This document shows, piece by piece, positions 28,997 to 38,984 of a stretch of DNA of 64,000 nt. The notes beneath the pieces are model-generated. The model was not told the DNA's origin. It searched no databases and saw only the letters and a list, made by a program, of their open reading frames with translations. Made by a program: the position numbers and the translations under genes. Source of the stretch: a virus; the IMG/VR virus record IMGVR_UViG_3300004180_000001, positions 2,820 through 66,819 of that record. The stretch is one strand, 5' to 3'. Position 1 is the first letter of the stretch, and the number at the start of each line of letters is the position of its first letter.

Positions 28997-29217
28997 GAAA
29001 TACCTCCAACCGGATGCTGGTCCAGGGAATTTACAATTCGCCTGTCCACTGTGTAAGACACAGGAACGAAGTGTTCGTCAGTGCTGTGCTCTTTTGCCAA
29101 CACAGCCACAGCCCTGGTTTCAGCCTGAATAACGCCTTCGTCATGTTCCAGGCGAAGTTCTTTCAGGCACTTGCCGAATTTGTTGTAAAAATTGATAACG
29201 TAATCTCCGGTTTTCAT
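28993..29217 (-). CDS. Hypothetical protein
   Basis: Overlaps tile with dut and with the next gene. Confidence 0.55.
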   Translation of the reverse strand: MKTGDYVINFYNKFGKCLKELRLEHDEGVIQAETRAVAVLAKEHSTDEHFVPVSYTVDRRIVNSLDQHPVGGIS

Positions 29218-29666
29218 TACTGTTTTCCAGTCGATCCGAAGCCGCCTTCCCCGCGTTCCGTCGTTTCTGAAAATTCCTCGACGACTTTCCAGTTAACGCG
29301 GGCGATCGGCATGAACAGGATCTGGGCCACCCGGTCGCCGGGGTGTATGACATAAACATCATTGCCATCGTTACAGGCGATGAACCCAACTTCTCCCAGG
29401 TAATTGCAGTCTATGACGCCAATGCCGTTGCCTGGTCTAATAGAGTCCTTCAAGGCCAGGCCGCTGCGACCGGCGATAATGCCTACCAAATTAGGGTCTT
29501 TAATGTGAATCTTAATGCCGGTTGAGACAACAATATTTTTGCCAGGGTAGACCGATACCGGCATATCCAACCTGGCTACCAGATCCATCCCCGCATCGCC
29601 GGGGTTTTTATATTCTGGCAGCACGGCGTCAGGGTGGGTTTTTATAATTTCGACTTCGTAGTTCAT
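29217..29666 (-). CDS. dut: dUTPase (trimeric)
   Basis: AGMDL, GRSGLA, GVIDCNYLGE, GDRVAQ and RGEGGFGSTG motifs. Confidence 0.95.
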   Translation of the reverse strand: MNYEVEIIKTHPDAVLPEYKNPGDAGMDLVARLDMPVSVYPGKNIVVSTGIKIHIKDPNLVGIIAGRSGLALKDSIRPGNGIGVIDCNYLGEVGFIACNDGNDVYVIHPGDRVAQILFMPIARVNWKVVEEFSETTERGEGGFGSTGKQ

Positions 29667-29682
29667 GTTGTTTTCCTGTAAA

Positions 29683-30300
29683 TTAAATCAAACTCTTTAA
29701 AGTTTCCGTTAAATCTGCCGGCACTGGAGACAGCCGGCGTAAGTAGTCAACGTACTTACTTGGCAGGTCTACGAAGCGCTTGCCTATATGGGGTCCAAAG
29801 TAGATTCGCTCCAAGGCTCTAGGCTTTTCCATATATTTCAGCATGGCTTCGTAACTCATGGCGTCATCGCTTTCCATGTACGCCTTGAAAGCCTTGCAAA
29901 TACAGTGAGCCTCTAGGTAAATCCTAGAGATTGCAGGCATCGAGGTTGAGTCGCCGACTACCTCCCCTGTCAGTGTCTTCAACGCCAAAGGCAAGCTGGC
30001 GCCGTGCTTGCTGAGTTCAGGCAGGCTTATCAATATCCTGAAAAAATCGATATGCTTCAAGTCGAATTGGGTGTGCCTGTGTAATCTCTCGACAATAGGC
30101 GTGCCGTTGTATGTGATAAACACCGGCTGATTTTCAGGTGTCAGCCGAGAGACGTACTCCATTACCGTGTGGCCGGCCACTGTTGTTGGGTCCAGTTGTT
30201 CTGCGGTGACAGCGTAATTGGTTTCCGTCAGCACCACAGTCCGTTTAAGGCTTAAGTCAGATCGGCGTTCAGCCGCAAGGGCTATCGGTTGATAGATCAT
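29683..30300 (-). CDS. DnaQ/ExoX-like protein, probably catalytically degenerate
   Basis: VVLTETN resembles an Exo I motif lacking its Asp; C-terminal FGPHIGKRFVDLPSKYVDYL resembles the ExoX tail. Confidence 0.5.
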   Translation of the reverse strand: MIYQPIALAAERRSDLSLKRTVVLTETNYAVTAEQLDPTTVAGHTVMEYVSRLTPENQPVFITYNGTPIVERLHRHTQFDLKHIDFFRILISLPELSKHGASLPLALKTLTGEVVGDSTSMPAISRIYLEAHCICKAFKAYMESDDAMSYEAMLKYMEKPRALERIYFGPHIGKRFVDLPSKYVDYLRRLSPVPADLTETLKSLI

Positions 30301-30458
30301 GTTGTTTCCAAATTATAAGTTTCGAAAATTATTACAGAAACCTTTGCAACATGCAAAGTATTTGTTTCGGTAGGCCTTTAAACTGTAGCAGTTTATCGGC
30401 CTTTGCCTGAATCTTGCAGTCCACGCATATTTGTTTTCTGCGTGGGCACGGGCAACGC

Positions 30459-31745
30459 TTACGTTCTGATGTAGACATTCTTAGACGCCCTGGTAATGGC
30501 CGTATAAAAACAGCGGTCCGCTTCCGCCTTGCGGCTGTTATGGTAAATGTCAGGTAAGTCTATGAAAACGTTCTCGAAAGTGCTGCCTTGGCTCTTGTGA
30601 ACAGTCAGCGCATGAAGAGGTCTCAAGTCCAGGAAGAACTCACGAAGTCCGTAATAAGGTCTCCAGTCTCTTGACTTGTAGGCGTCTTTCTTGAATCGTT
30701 CCAGCCTGTCCTTGTAAGGCTTAACCCCATCCTCATGGAGAACGTAAAAGGCCATTCCCGGCGCTTCGAACAAATTTACGCACCAGCAAGGTATGTCAGG
30801 AAATATAGGGTGCTCCGACATCTCTATCGTGCTTACGGTGACTTCCGCACCGGTGTTGAAAATAATTTCGTTGTCTCTTGCCAGCGCTTCATTGACAGTA
30901 ACCACGTCCCCAGGGCAGAAAGGCACCGACATATCCTGCCCTGTCAGCTGCCGCACCAACTGGTTATACATGTTCACCGTATCGTTTCTCCAGCTGACGA
31001 TACGGCAGAAGTCAGGGTCAGCGTTGAACTCGCCCCGCTCCGTGTACTCCTGCAACTTGTCACGGAAACCTGCGGTCCTGAGCAGGAACACACCCTCGCC
31101 GGTTTCTTCGTTAAATCCGCCCAATACTTTAGGTTCCTGGTTAGCCAGGATAGCGTCCCTGATCACCGTAGCGCTGCGAATGATGGGACTGCCTTCCGCC
31201 TGCCTTACTATTTTGTGCAACGTGTGCTTACAGTCGTCAGCTTGTGCCAGATCGAACGAGGATGACATCGTTCCTGACGCTTTGTCTACAGGCGGCAACT
31301 GGTACGGGTCGCCAATAATGATGTACTTTCTGCCCCAGTTCCTGACATCGTCCTTGATATACTTTACCAGCTGGTCGTCAGCCATGGACGCTTCATCCAG
31401 ACCGACCAAAGTAATGCCGGCGTACTGCGAAGGGTCGTAGTTGCGGCTGCGGGCCACTCGCGTGGTGTCTTCGTATTTTTCAACCGTCAGTCCCAGGAAC
31501 TTGTGAATAGTCATGCAGGAGAAGTCAGGGGGCAGGCCTTTCTCCAAGACGGTTACCGCCTTGTTTGTTGGCGCCGTCATAACGACTTCATCAGGATCGC
31601 AGCGCTTGGTGACAAAATCCTTTATCAACCAGGTTTTTCCGGTTCCGGCTGATCCGCCCAAGACGAAAAAGTCTTTCCGGTTGCTGATGTGAAAGCTCTC
31701 CAGTTTGTCTGCGGCTTGTTTTTGATCTTCAGTTGTTTTGCTCAT
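30459..31745 (-). CDS. Dda/RecD-like SF1B DNA helicase
   Basis: GSAGTGKT, APTNKA, DEASM, GDPYQLPPV, RQ, ALTVHKSQGSTF and YTAITRA. Confidence 0.92.
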   Translation of the reverse strand: MSKTTEDQKQAADKLESFHISNRKDFFVLGGSAGTGKTWLIKDFVTKRCDPDEVVMTAPTNKAVTVLEKGLPPDFSCMTIHKFLGLTVEKYEDTTRVARSRNYDPSQYAGITLVGLDEASMADDQLVKYIKDDVRNWGRKYIIIGDPYQLPPVDKASGTMSSSFDLAQADDCKHTLHKIVRQAEGSPIIRSATVIRDAILANQEPKVLGGFNEETGEGVFLLRTAGFRDKLQEYTERGEFNADPDFCRIVSWRNDTVNMYNQLVRQLTGQDMSVPFCPGDVVTVNEALARDNEIIFNTGAEVTVSTIEMSEHPIFPDIPCWCVNLFEAPGMAFYVLHEDGVKPYKDRLERFKKDAYKSRDWRPYYGLREFFLDLRPLHALTVHKSQGSTFENVFIDLPDIYHNSRKAEADRCFYTAITRASKNVYIRT

Positions 31746-32256
31746 GACGTTCTGCCTGTTCAAATGCGCGTTTGCTGATATCGAATTCAGTACCTGTAAT
31801 TTCCTGGCACTTATCGTTTAGGGTTTCTGTAGATGAAAAAAACAATTCACCGCCGTGATAAAAAAATAAAACCGGCGTGAAGTACAGCTGCCCTGCGTGA
31901 GTACCTACGGACTTGTAAAGAGGATCGAAACTAACACTTCCTTCCGGAATTCCTGCCTTCCACCGTCGAACCAAGGCCGCGTGTTCTTCCTTGCTGTCCC
32001 CTGTAACGCTGGCTCTGGGTCGCTGGCAATCTGTACGCTTATCCGGTTTGGTCCATAGGCGGCAATCCTGTGTTGGATTAAAACGCAGGCCACAGAAGCG
32101 AATACCGTCTACGCCTTGGTAATTTATAGCCTTCTCCGCACCAAAATCATCTCTGAATTTTTTGAATTCAGTGGACAGTTTTTTACGGGCTTCCGCAAGC
32201 TTAATGCACTCTACCAGAACGTCGGGGTGTGAGCTTTTGTAATATTTGATTGTCAT
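31729..32256 (-). CDS. Hypothetical protein
   Basis: ATGA overlap with the polymerase stop. Confidence 0.6.
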   Translation of the reverse strand: MTIKYYKSSHPDVLVECIKLAEARKKLSTEFKKFRDDFGAEKAINYQGVDGIRFCGLRFNPTQDCRLWTKPDKRTDCQRPRASVTGDSKEEHAALVRRWKAGIPEGSVSFDPLYKSVGTHAGQLYFTPVLFFYHGGELFFSSTETLNDKCQEITGTEFDISKRAFEQAERHEQNN

Positions 32257-35200
32257 ACTGAAAAATCCTCGTCTTCAAGTTCGTAAAGTTCCTGCATGAA
32301 CATAGAGACGTCAACGTCTTCCTCGACAGGTGCAGGGGCCATATCTTTGTACATTTTGTCCAAGGCTTCGTTAACTTTTTCAAGCGACGGGAAAGACCCC
32401 ACCTCGTACTGCTTGCCCCAATTCGGTCCGAAGGAACAGTCGCCAACCATCGGGATGGTGCCGTTGGGCGGCAATATGTTCATGTGTTCACACAACTCGT
32501 TCAAGTAAGAATGCAGCATAGCAACTGGAACATCGGCCACGATTTCATCGTAAATGGCAGCAATGAAGTAGGCGTCGTGGCGTCTGAAAAAGTCAGACTT
32601 CTTAATCCGCATCATCAACGTCTTAAGAATGTCAGCAGCCGTTCCCTGGATGTTGAAGTTAACAGCCTGTCTCTCCCACCGGGAAGCCAGGCCCTGCTCA
32701 CCGCAATTTATGCCGGGGACAACGTGGCGGCGTGAGCTATAAGCTGTCGTCGTATAGCCCAACTCTTTAGCGGCTTTTATAACTTTCTGTTTCCAGACTT
32801 CCAACAGCGGAAAGGTGTCGTTGTAAGCTTTCAGGTAAAGTTCGGCTTCCGCCAGCGGAGACAGCATGTTGATAGACAGCGTCGGCGCCGACGCACCGAA
32901 CTGCGCAGAGAAGTTTACCGTCTTGCCTTTACCTCTGGATGTATCCAGTATTTTTGCCAGTTGAGTCTTCTCGCCCAACGCGTCCTTGTCGTCTATATGC
33001 GACTTAAAAAAGTCGTAATCGACTATACCTTGCTCGGTATAAACAACGGCCAAGGGTTCTCTGTACTCTTCTTTTCGCAAAAGGATAGGCGCTATGCTGC
33101 AACCTGTTAAAGCGTGCAAGTCTTTTGGCACTGCTCCTGTGTAGGCTGACATAAACGTCGGATCCTTGCACTGGTCCGCATTTAGACGCAATTCCTGCGA
33201 ACTAAAGTCGACCGACACAATTACCCGGCCAGGTCCTCTTGGAATAAAGATGGTGCGCACATCACCTTTTGCAATCTGCAGCAGGTTGGGATTACTTCCA
33301 GTGGGCCGGCGAGTCACTGTGCCGCAAGTGTTGTAACCGGGGTGCAGTAATCCATCGCCGCTGCCTTTTAACCAGAGCGGATACACGTTCCAGTAAATCT
33401 TTGCTCTGGTGGTGGCTGCTTTGTATTCCTGCAACGCTTGCAGTACCGGCTTCTTCCAAGCATTATCGCCGGTGCAGTCTTCAGCCAGGGCTGCGGCAAT
33501 AGCGATCTTGTTGGTCGCCGGCGATCCAGGCAAACGAAACCGGTGCCGTAAACTTCCTTGCTGGACTTTGGTGCGCATCCGAATAGGAAGCCTCAGCAGT
33601 AGGTAGAACAGCGCCTGATTTTGCTTGGGTGATCCCAAGTTAAGTTCTGTGCCTTCAAACGTTACCTCAGCGGCGTCTTCCAGAACGAGATCGCAAAAAT
33701 CCGCAAGCGCCTTGTAAGCGTCCGATGACCGCGTCTTCAAATCCTTTGCCATGCTTTTAAACCCGCTTTCCGCAGGTCCCAACAAACGCATGAACTTGTG
33801 CTGCAGTGTGCCGGGCTCATAGGCATCGTAGTTGGCCATGAGATAATCCTCGAAGCCCACGCCTGATACCTTCTCCAGTTCAGGAACGCCCAAAATATCT
33901 GTAACTTTTTTGAACCCTGCAACCGTCGGCGTGAAATTCTTGAAATTTTTGACGGCTTTCAAAGGCTTGTAGAAACTGTCTTGCTTCAGGTTAAGCGTGT
34001 ATTCCTGCAACTTGGCGTTAACGCGTTGCGATGTTGCCTCCGGACTCAGACCTTTCTCTTCGCAGGCGGTCTTTTCCTTGACTCGAACATAGTCGGTCGT
34101 GTCAGCTACCAAAGAATAAACACAGTCGTATGCCGGCTCCTTGCAGTGATGCTCCAACTGCTCGCGGATGTACGCCATCTTTGTTTCGGCAGTGACACGG
34201 TCACGTTCAGTCAATTCAGCCATACGCTCTACATCGATGGCTACTCCGCTGAGGTGCGCCTTGCAGAATTCAGTAACGACAGGGCATTCGAAATTCTTGA
34301 TAAACTCATTTGTCCCTTCCAGAATGGACATGACCGTAAACAGGTGCAGCAAGTGACCGGTCACTACACTATCGTCGCAGCCGTAAGACAAGACCTGCTC
34401 ACCTGTAATTTCAGCCATGGATGCCGCATTGCAAGCGGTCAGCAACTCGTTGTATGTTGTTTGGGTGTAATTAAGGTAATGCTTGGATAACCACTTCAAC
34501 CCGTGCTCGGTGTTTTCGTTCAGGTGATGGGCGTAGAGCTTAGTGTCCAACGTAGACCGATCGGCCAGTTCATGACCTAACTGATTCAGCGTTATCGTCG
34601 CCTCGAAATAAATATTCTGAGCCGCCATATATTTACCCGCCTTCTCAATGTATTTGATCAGCTGCAGAATAAAGTTAGTGCCCACATTGTCGGTGTCCTT
34701 GTGCGCGGTGGAAATGTAAAACACGCGGCTCAGGTTAGGTCCGAAGGCAAATGAACAGCCGGCTATTTTGGAATTTCGCATGTCGACATAGACCCGACCT
34801 CCACAGGCCTCTTTAAATTCCTGGACGTTCCCAGTGTCGAACGTTTCATAGTCCCAAGGTACAACAGGTGTGCTTTCCAGTAAACTGGCTATCTCTTTTG
34901 CGCAGGCTTGAACATTGTTGCGGGTGACCAGCGTTGCCTTGTAACAATACTTCTCGTACCGGTCGATAAAGTCAGGGCAGAAATTGTCTGTGCAAACTTT
35001 TTCCAGCCTGGAAAACTCGGGAACTCGCTTAGTCCATTTGATCTCAATCAATTTGTTACCTCGCACGCCGGTACAAATTTCAGGGTGAAGCTTGGCCAGT
35101 TGGTACATTTTTAGCCAAACGTCCAGTTGCTGAACACATTTCTGGTAGGCTTTGTTGGTAGTCAGCGTAGCAGTTTTAACTATCCGGGCCCTGTCGCCGG

Positions 35201-35882
35201 CATCTACCCAGGCGCTGAGCTCTTCCAAACCGTCCTCTCCGAACTCGTCCACCATACTGGTCCACCCTGCAGGGCCGACTCCGGCAACGCCGCCGTAAGT
35301 ATCGGAAGAGTCTCCGACAACTGATTTGAATAAAGTGATCAAGTGAGGCGGGATGACTACGCCTTTCTCTGTCATCGTTGTCTCGACAACCCCTTTCCTG
35401 AATACTGCGCAGGTCGGGCTGGACAACGCAATCAAGTCACGGTCGACGGTGTGGATTGTTTTAAATCCAGGCAGAGCCTTCACCAGATAGGCAATCACGT
35501 CGTCCGCTTCCTGCTCTTCCAGGTAGGCGATCAGCACGCCCATCGATTTCAAAAACTCCAAACACTGTCTAACGGCAATCTTTATCTGCTCGTCTTCAAC
35601 AGGATCAGTTGGCGTTTTCTTGTCCTTCGATTTGTACCCATGAAAAATGTTTCGCCGGTAGGTGTTGCCGCCGTCGGTGACAGCGATCATGTTCATAGGC
35701 GATTCCACAATCTGCAGGATAGGGTCGAAGAACTTGTCGATGAATACGGCAACGCCGTAAGCCGCAGTGTTTACGAAATCTTTGATGCCGCTACCTCTGA
35801 TGGCCATGGAATCCTGGCCGCTGTGGTAGGCTTCTGTTACCAAACCTTTCAGGTCTAGTATGCTTGTTTTTTCAATATCCAT
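32253..35882 (-). CDS. polA: Family A DNA polymerase with 5'-3' and 3'-5' exonuclease domains
   Basis: EADDVI and GDSSD (5' nuclease); WDYET and YGCDD (3' exo); motif A DFSSQELR, motif B RGKGKTVNFSAQFG, motif C IYDE. Confidence 0.93.
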   Translation of the reverse strand: MDIEKTSILDLKGLVTEAYHSGQDSMAIRGSGIKDFVNTAAYGVAVFIDKFFDPILQIVESPMNMIAVTDGGNTYRRNIFHGYKSKDKKTPTDPVEDEQIKIAVRQCLEFLKSMGVLIAYLEEQEADDVIAYLVKALPGFKTIHTVDRDLIALSSPTCAVFRKGVVETTMTEKGVVIPPHLITLFKSVVGDSSDTYGGVAGVGPAGWTSMVDEFGEDGLEELSAWVDAGDRARIVKTATLTTNKAYQKCVQQLDVWLKMYQLAKLHPEICTGVRGNKLIEIKWTKRVPEFSRLEKVCTDNFCPDFIDRYEKYCYKATLVTRNNVQACAKEIASLLESTPVVPWDYETFDTGNVQEFKEACGGRVYVDMRNSKIAGCSFAFGPNLSRVFYISTAHKDTDNVGTNFILQLIKYIEKAGKYMAAQNIYFEATITLNQLGHELADRSTLDTKLYAHHLNENTEHGLKWLSKHYLNYTQTTYNELLTACNAASMAEITGEQVLSYGCDDSVVTGHLLHLFTVMSILEGTNEFIKNFECPVVTEFCKAHLSGVAIDVERMAELTERDRVTAETKMAYIREQLEHHCKEPAYDCVYSLVADTTDYVRVKEKTACEEKGLSPEATSQRVNAKLQEYTLNLKQDSFYKPLKAVKNFKNFTPTVAGFKKVTDILGVPELEKVSGVGFEDYLMANYDAYEPGTLQHKFMRLLGPAESGFKSMAKDLKTRSSDAYKALADFCDLVLEDAAEVTFEGTELNLGSPKQNQALFYLLLRLPIRMRTKVQQGSLRHRFRLPGSPATNKIAIAAALAEDCTGDNAWKKPVLQALQEYKAATTRAKIYWNVYPLWLKGSGDGLLHPGYNTCGTVTRRPTGSNPNLLQIAKGDVRTIFIPRGPGRVIVSVDFSSQELRLNADQCKDPTFMSAYTGAVPKDLHALTGCSIAPILLRKEEYREPLAVVYTEQGIVDYDFFKSHIDDKDALGEKTQLAKILDTSRGKGKTVNFSAQFGASAPTLSINMLSPLAEAELYLKAYNDTFPLLEVWKQKVIKAAKELGYTTTAYSSRRHVVPGINCGEQGLASRWERQAVNFNIQGTAADILKTLMMRIKKSDFFRRHDAYFIAAIYDEIVADVPVAMLHSYLNELCEHMNILPPNGTIPMVGDCSFGPNWGKQYEVGSFPSLEKVNEALDKMYKDMAPAPVEEDVDVSMFMQELYELEDEDFSV

Positions 35883-36030
35883 TACAGGATTCCTTAACTT
35901 AAAATTACGGATCCGGACACAACCAGGATAAGCCAGTCAAGGTCGGGCGGGCTGTTGTTCAGGGTTAAGGTCGCTGTAGCTATGCACAGCAAGCCTAGAA
36001 AAAATCTCTTCACGGGATGAACCTCTCGAT

Positions 36031-36063
36031 AAAAAGCCAGGGCAAGTAGACCTGCCCTGGCTT
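36031..36063 (-). terminator. Rho-independent terminator
   Basis: Minus strand GCCAGGGCAGG-TCTA-CTTGCCCTGGC followed by TTTTT, downstream of 36089-36955. Confidence 0.8.
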
Positions 36064-36088
36064 AGGTTACTGCTTAGTCAGGGCTAAA

Positions 36089-36955
36089 TTAATCGGCCAT
36101 CGCGATAAACTTAAACGCAAAAGGATTGAACGCCTTAACTCCAGTGCCTACCTTAACGCCGACAGATACGCGAGTAATGACCTCAAACGGATTGGTTTTA
36201 GGTTTGCGCATTGCCAACCCTACCGTATAGCCATCGAGTTTGCCTATACTTTTGGGCGGGATCTGCAACATTACCACTTCGTCATCCAAAGACCCGTCAC
36301 CCCCGGCGATGAATTTTGCCATAACCATTTTGTAAATCTTGCGCTCATAAGGTATGCCGCGAGATTTCCAATCCTGGAAAAAATCCACCAAAGGTTTTCT
36401 TTCGTCACCGTTTTGATGCAAGTCATCGTCAGAGTACACAACCTCGGGATCCTTGCCTCTGTCTGCCGGCGTGCCGATGTAAACGAACTGCTTGCGCTCG
36501 GCAATCATGTGGCAAGAGAATTCAGTTCCCAATGTGCTGCCGTCAGAGACTTGGAATTTCTCGTCCTCAAGTTTAACCAACGGGAACGACGTGAAGTCCA
36601 ACTGCAAATCTGTAAACCCGTGTTCAGCCAGGTAGGCCATCGGGTCTTCAAATTTTGACGCAACGGCGACCGACGTTTGCTGCGTCTCGGCCAGGTCTTG
36701 CGCGGGTTGCTGTTGGATTTCTTGGATAACTTCGTCAGCGACTTCTGCGATAACTTCAGTAGCTTCGTCGATAACTTCGTCAGCAACTTCTGCGATAACT
36801 TCAGTAGCTTCGTCGATAACTTCGACTTCGGCGACTTCGACAACTTCTGCTATTTTTTCTGGCGCTACGACAGCCGTATCGGCAGTGGCAGTGGCAGCAG
36901 CTGCAGCTGCAGCCAAATCAACGATGTTGTTTTCTTCTTCTTTAGGCATAGCCAT
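36089..36955 (-). CDS. Putative ssDNA-binding protein with an acidic N-terminal tail
   Basis: Very acidic low-complexity N-terminus and beta-rich C-domain; next to polA; GAGG RBS and its own terminator. Confidence 0.45.
   Translation of the reverse strand: MAMPKEEENNIVDLAAAAAAATATADTAVVAPEKIAEVVEVAEVEVIDEATEVIAEVADEVIDEATEVIAEVADEVIQEIQQQPAQDLAETQQTSVAVASKFEDPMAYLAEHGFTDLQLDFTSFPLVKLEDEKFQVSDGSTLGTEFSCHMIAERKQFVYIGTPADRGKDPEVVYSDDDLHQNGDERKPLVDFFQDWKSRGIPYERKIYKMVMAKFIAGGDGSLDDEVVMLQIPPKSIGKLDGYTVGLAMRKPKTNPFEVITRVSVGVKVGTGVKAFNPFAFKFIAMAD
36725..36824. repeat. 45-bp in-frame tandem duplication (2.2 copies)
   Basis: GATAACTTCGTCAGCRACTTCTGCGATAACTTCAGTAGCTTCGTC twice, encoding DEATEVIAEVADEVI. 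Confidence 0.9.
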
Positions 36956-37008
36956 GGTGTTACCTCATTTTCATTTTAAAGTTAATTTACATTTTCATTT
37001 TTAGTAGC

Positions 37009-37027
37009 CTGTACTCACTGAGTACAG
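37009..37027. repeat. Palindrome copy 1, CTGTACTC-ACT-GAGTACAG
   Basis: Exact; flanks extend the stem (AGC/GCT). Confidence 0.95.
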
Positions 37028-37039
37028 GCTGTCCCCAAC

Positions 37040-37312
37040 TCAAGCTAAGTCTGAGTTGAGCTTCGCTCCCGCCTTAAACACCGCAGTGGTCTTGGCTGGG
37101 ATATCGATACGTTCGCCGGTAGCAGGGTTCCTGCCGGCTCTCGCTTTCGATTCTCTCACTTTGAAAGTGCCGAAGCCTTTCAAAGCTACTTCGTTGCCTG
37201 CTTTAAGCTCCTCGGCAACAACGGTTACCAAGGTCTCCACAACGTCTGTTGCAGAGGCCTTGGTAATTCCGCACGATGTAGCTATTTTTGTTACAAGTTC
37301 TGCTTTGTTCAT
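37040..37312 (-). CDS. hup: HU family histone-like DNA-binding protein
   Basis: MNKAELV...GFGTFKVRESKARAGRNPATGERIDIPA...FKAG. Confidence 0.95.
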   Translation of the reverse strand: MNKAELVTKIATSCGITKASATDVVETLVTVVAEELKAGNEVALKGFGTFKVRESKARAGRNPATGERIDIPAKTTAVFKAGAKLNSDLA

Positions 37313-37362
37313 TGTCTTTCCATTAAAGTCTTTACGAGAGTAAGACTTTAGCACAGACATTG

Positions 37363-38793
37363 CTATAGGTAAAGTGATTCTAATAAAACTTTTTTATCCT
37401 GCATTATATACGAAGTTTCCTTACTCCTGCCTAGCGCTGAGTCCACTAATCGGTCCATCCAGGTTCTCTCGAATCTGAACAGCCAGGCCTTTACAGGGTT
37501 GACTTGCCCCTCTCTCTGCACGCGCCCTAGTCCCTGCTCAAAACTGGAAGGCGTGCCTTCCGGTTCGAAAAAAATAACGTCGCTGCAAACGTGTTGCAGG
37601 TTAAACCCTGCGCCGCCTGATTTGTAATTGGCTATCGCCGCCCGGCAAGTAACGTCAGTCTGGAACTTGATAACTTCCTCCCTGCAGTTGGAGTCACCGT
37701 AGATCAACGCAGGGTTGTCGAACAGTTTGGCAAGCTTGCGAACCGTTGACCGGTAGACACAAAATATGAGTACCTTCCGCTCTCGGGTATTAATCGATTC
37801 CAGTATGGCTTTCAATGAGGCTATAGGCGCGTCGTCTATCACCTTATCGGTAAAATGCTCCATGTTGGTTATGATCTGCAAGGCGTACTGTCGTAACGCT
37901 GACATGTTGTCCGCCACAAACACCTGATCGCCCAGCTGCAGGATTCTTTCGGTGAGAAGCTTTTTGTACAGAACGTAGTGTTCAGGCTCCAGTAAAACTC
38001 TCTGCTCGATGATGGTAGGCTCTTCCAAGGACAACACGTCACGCTGCCTGCGCCGGACGGCGAACTCATTCATATCCATCATTAACGGTTCCCTGGATTG
38101 GTAGTCCACAATCTTGTCGAACGGCAAGAACTGGTTGTCGGCGTAGACGATGAACTGCCTTTTGAAATATTCCAGGTTGGGATATTTTTTAGGCTGACGC
38201 AGTTTGATGTGGGCGTAGGCATCCAACAGATCCGCGGTGATGGGCGTCGCCGTCATCTCATGGAAGTCGAAGTCCAGGTTAAACACAGCTCGGTAAGCCA
38301 CAGCGAAGTTGTTGGTGCTTGCACCTTTCAAGGCATGCGCCTCGTCGCACACCAAAACATTGAAGTGGCGCAGGCCGAACAGATACCGAGCCAGTCGGGC
38401 GAACATCTGATAGCTCATGAACGCCACGTCAGGCAAGTGCCCAGCGTCCCAGTGGTCCAGCATATTGTCACGCTTACCTTTCGGTATCGACACATTGACC
38501 ATCTTGAACGGCATGTCCGTAACGATGCGATTGAACTCCGTGATGTATTGGTGAATCAGCGGCGGCGGCATGACTACCAGCACTTTCTTGCCTGAATACA
38601 GCTTGTGTGCAATGTACAAGAACGATACCAGACTCTTACCGGTGCCCACCTCTGAGAAGTTGGCGCTTCGTTTCCAAGGCAGAATCTTACCAAGGTCCTC
38701 CAGTTGATGTGGCTTGGGAGTTTGCAGGCATTGGCTGGCGCCGCAGTCGATCGGCACACAGGCGTCTTCGAATATTTTGTTTAGGAGTATCAC
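37363..38793 (-). CDS. SNF2-like SF2 helicase
   Basis: EVGTGKS, DEAH, TATP, GGAGFNLQ and QGLGRVQREGQ; GTG start overlaps the upstream TGA. Confidence 0.85.
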   Translation of the reverse strand: MILLNKIFEDACVPIDCGASQCLQTPKPHQLEDLGKILPWKRSANFSEVGTGKSLVSFLYIAHKLYSGKKVLVVMPPPLIHQYITEFNRIVTDMPFKMVNVSIPKGKRDNMLDHWDAGHLPDVAFMSYQMFARLARYLFGLRHFNVLVCDEAHALKGASTNNFAVAYRAVFNLDFDFHEMTATPITADLLDAYAHIKLRQPKKYPNLEYFKRQFIVYADNQFLPFDKIVDYQSREPLMMDMNEFAVRRRQRDVLSLEEPTIIEQRVLLEPEHYVLYKKLLTERILQLGDQVFVADNMSALRQYALQIITNMEHFTDKVIDDAPIASLKAILESINTRERKVLIFCVYRSTVRKLAKLFDNPALIYGDSNCREEVIKFQTDVTCRAAIANYKSGGAGFNLQHVCSDVIFFEPEGTPSSFEQGLGRVQREGQVNPVKAWLFRFERTWMDRLVDSALGRSKETSYIMQDKKVLLESLYL

Positions 38794-38984
38794 ACAGGCC
38801 GCCACAAGCATTCCGTGGAGAGAATGTGCCGACCGTCATCCAACTTGATTATCATAAGACCTGGCTTTTCCGTATCCTCTCTAACAACAATACCTAACAG
38901 CGTCTCCATGGTGTCCTCGAAGCTGACCGCTACCTTGCTGTTGTAATATTCTTTTTGCAGCTTTCTTTTATTCGGTTTTTTCAT
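38790..38984 (-). CDS. Hypothetical protein
   Basis: Tiled; AAGGA RBS. Confidence 0.55.
   Translation of the reverse strand: MKKPNKRKLQKEYYNSKVAVSFEDTMETLLGIVVREDTEKPGLMIIKLDDGRHILSTECLWRPV

Noticed and set aside
33600-34200. Intein or intron in polA
   Set aside because: The ORF is continuous and shows no C/S...HN splice junctions or LAGLIDADG motifs.
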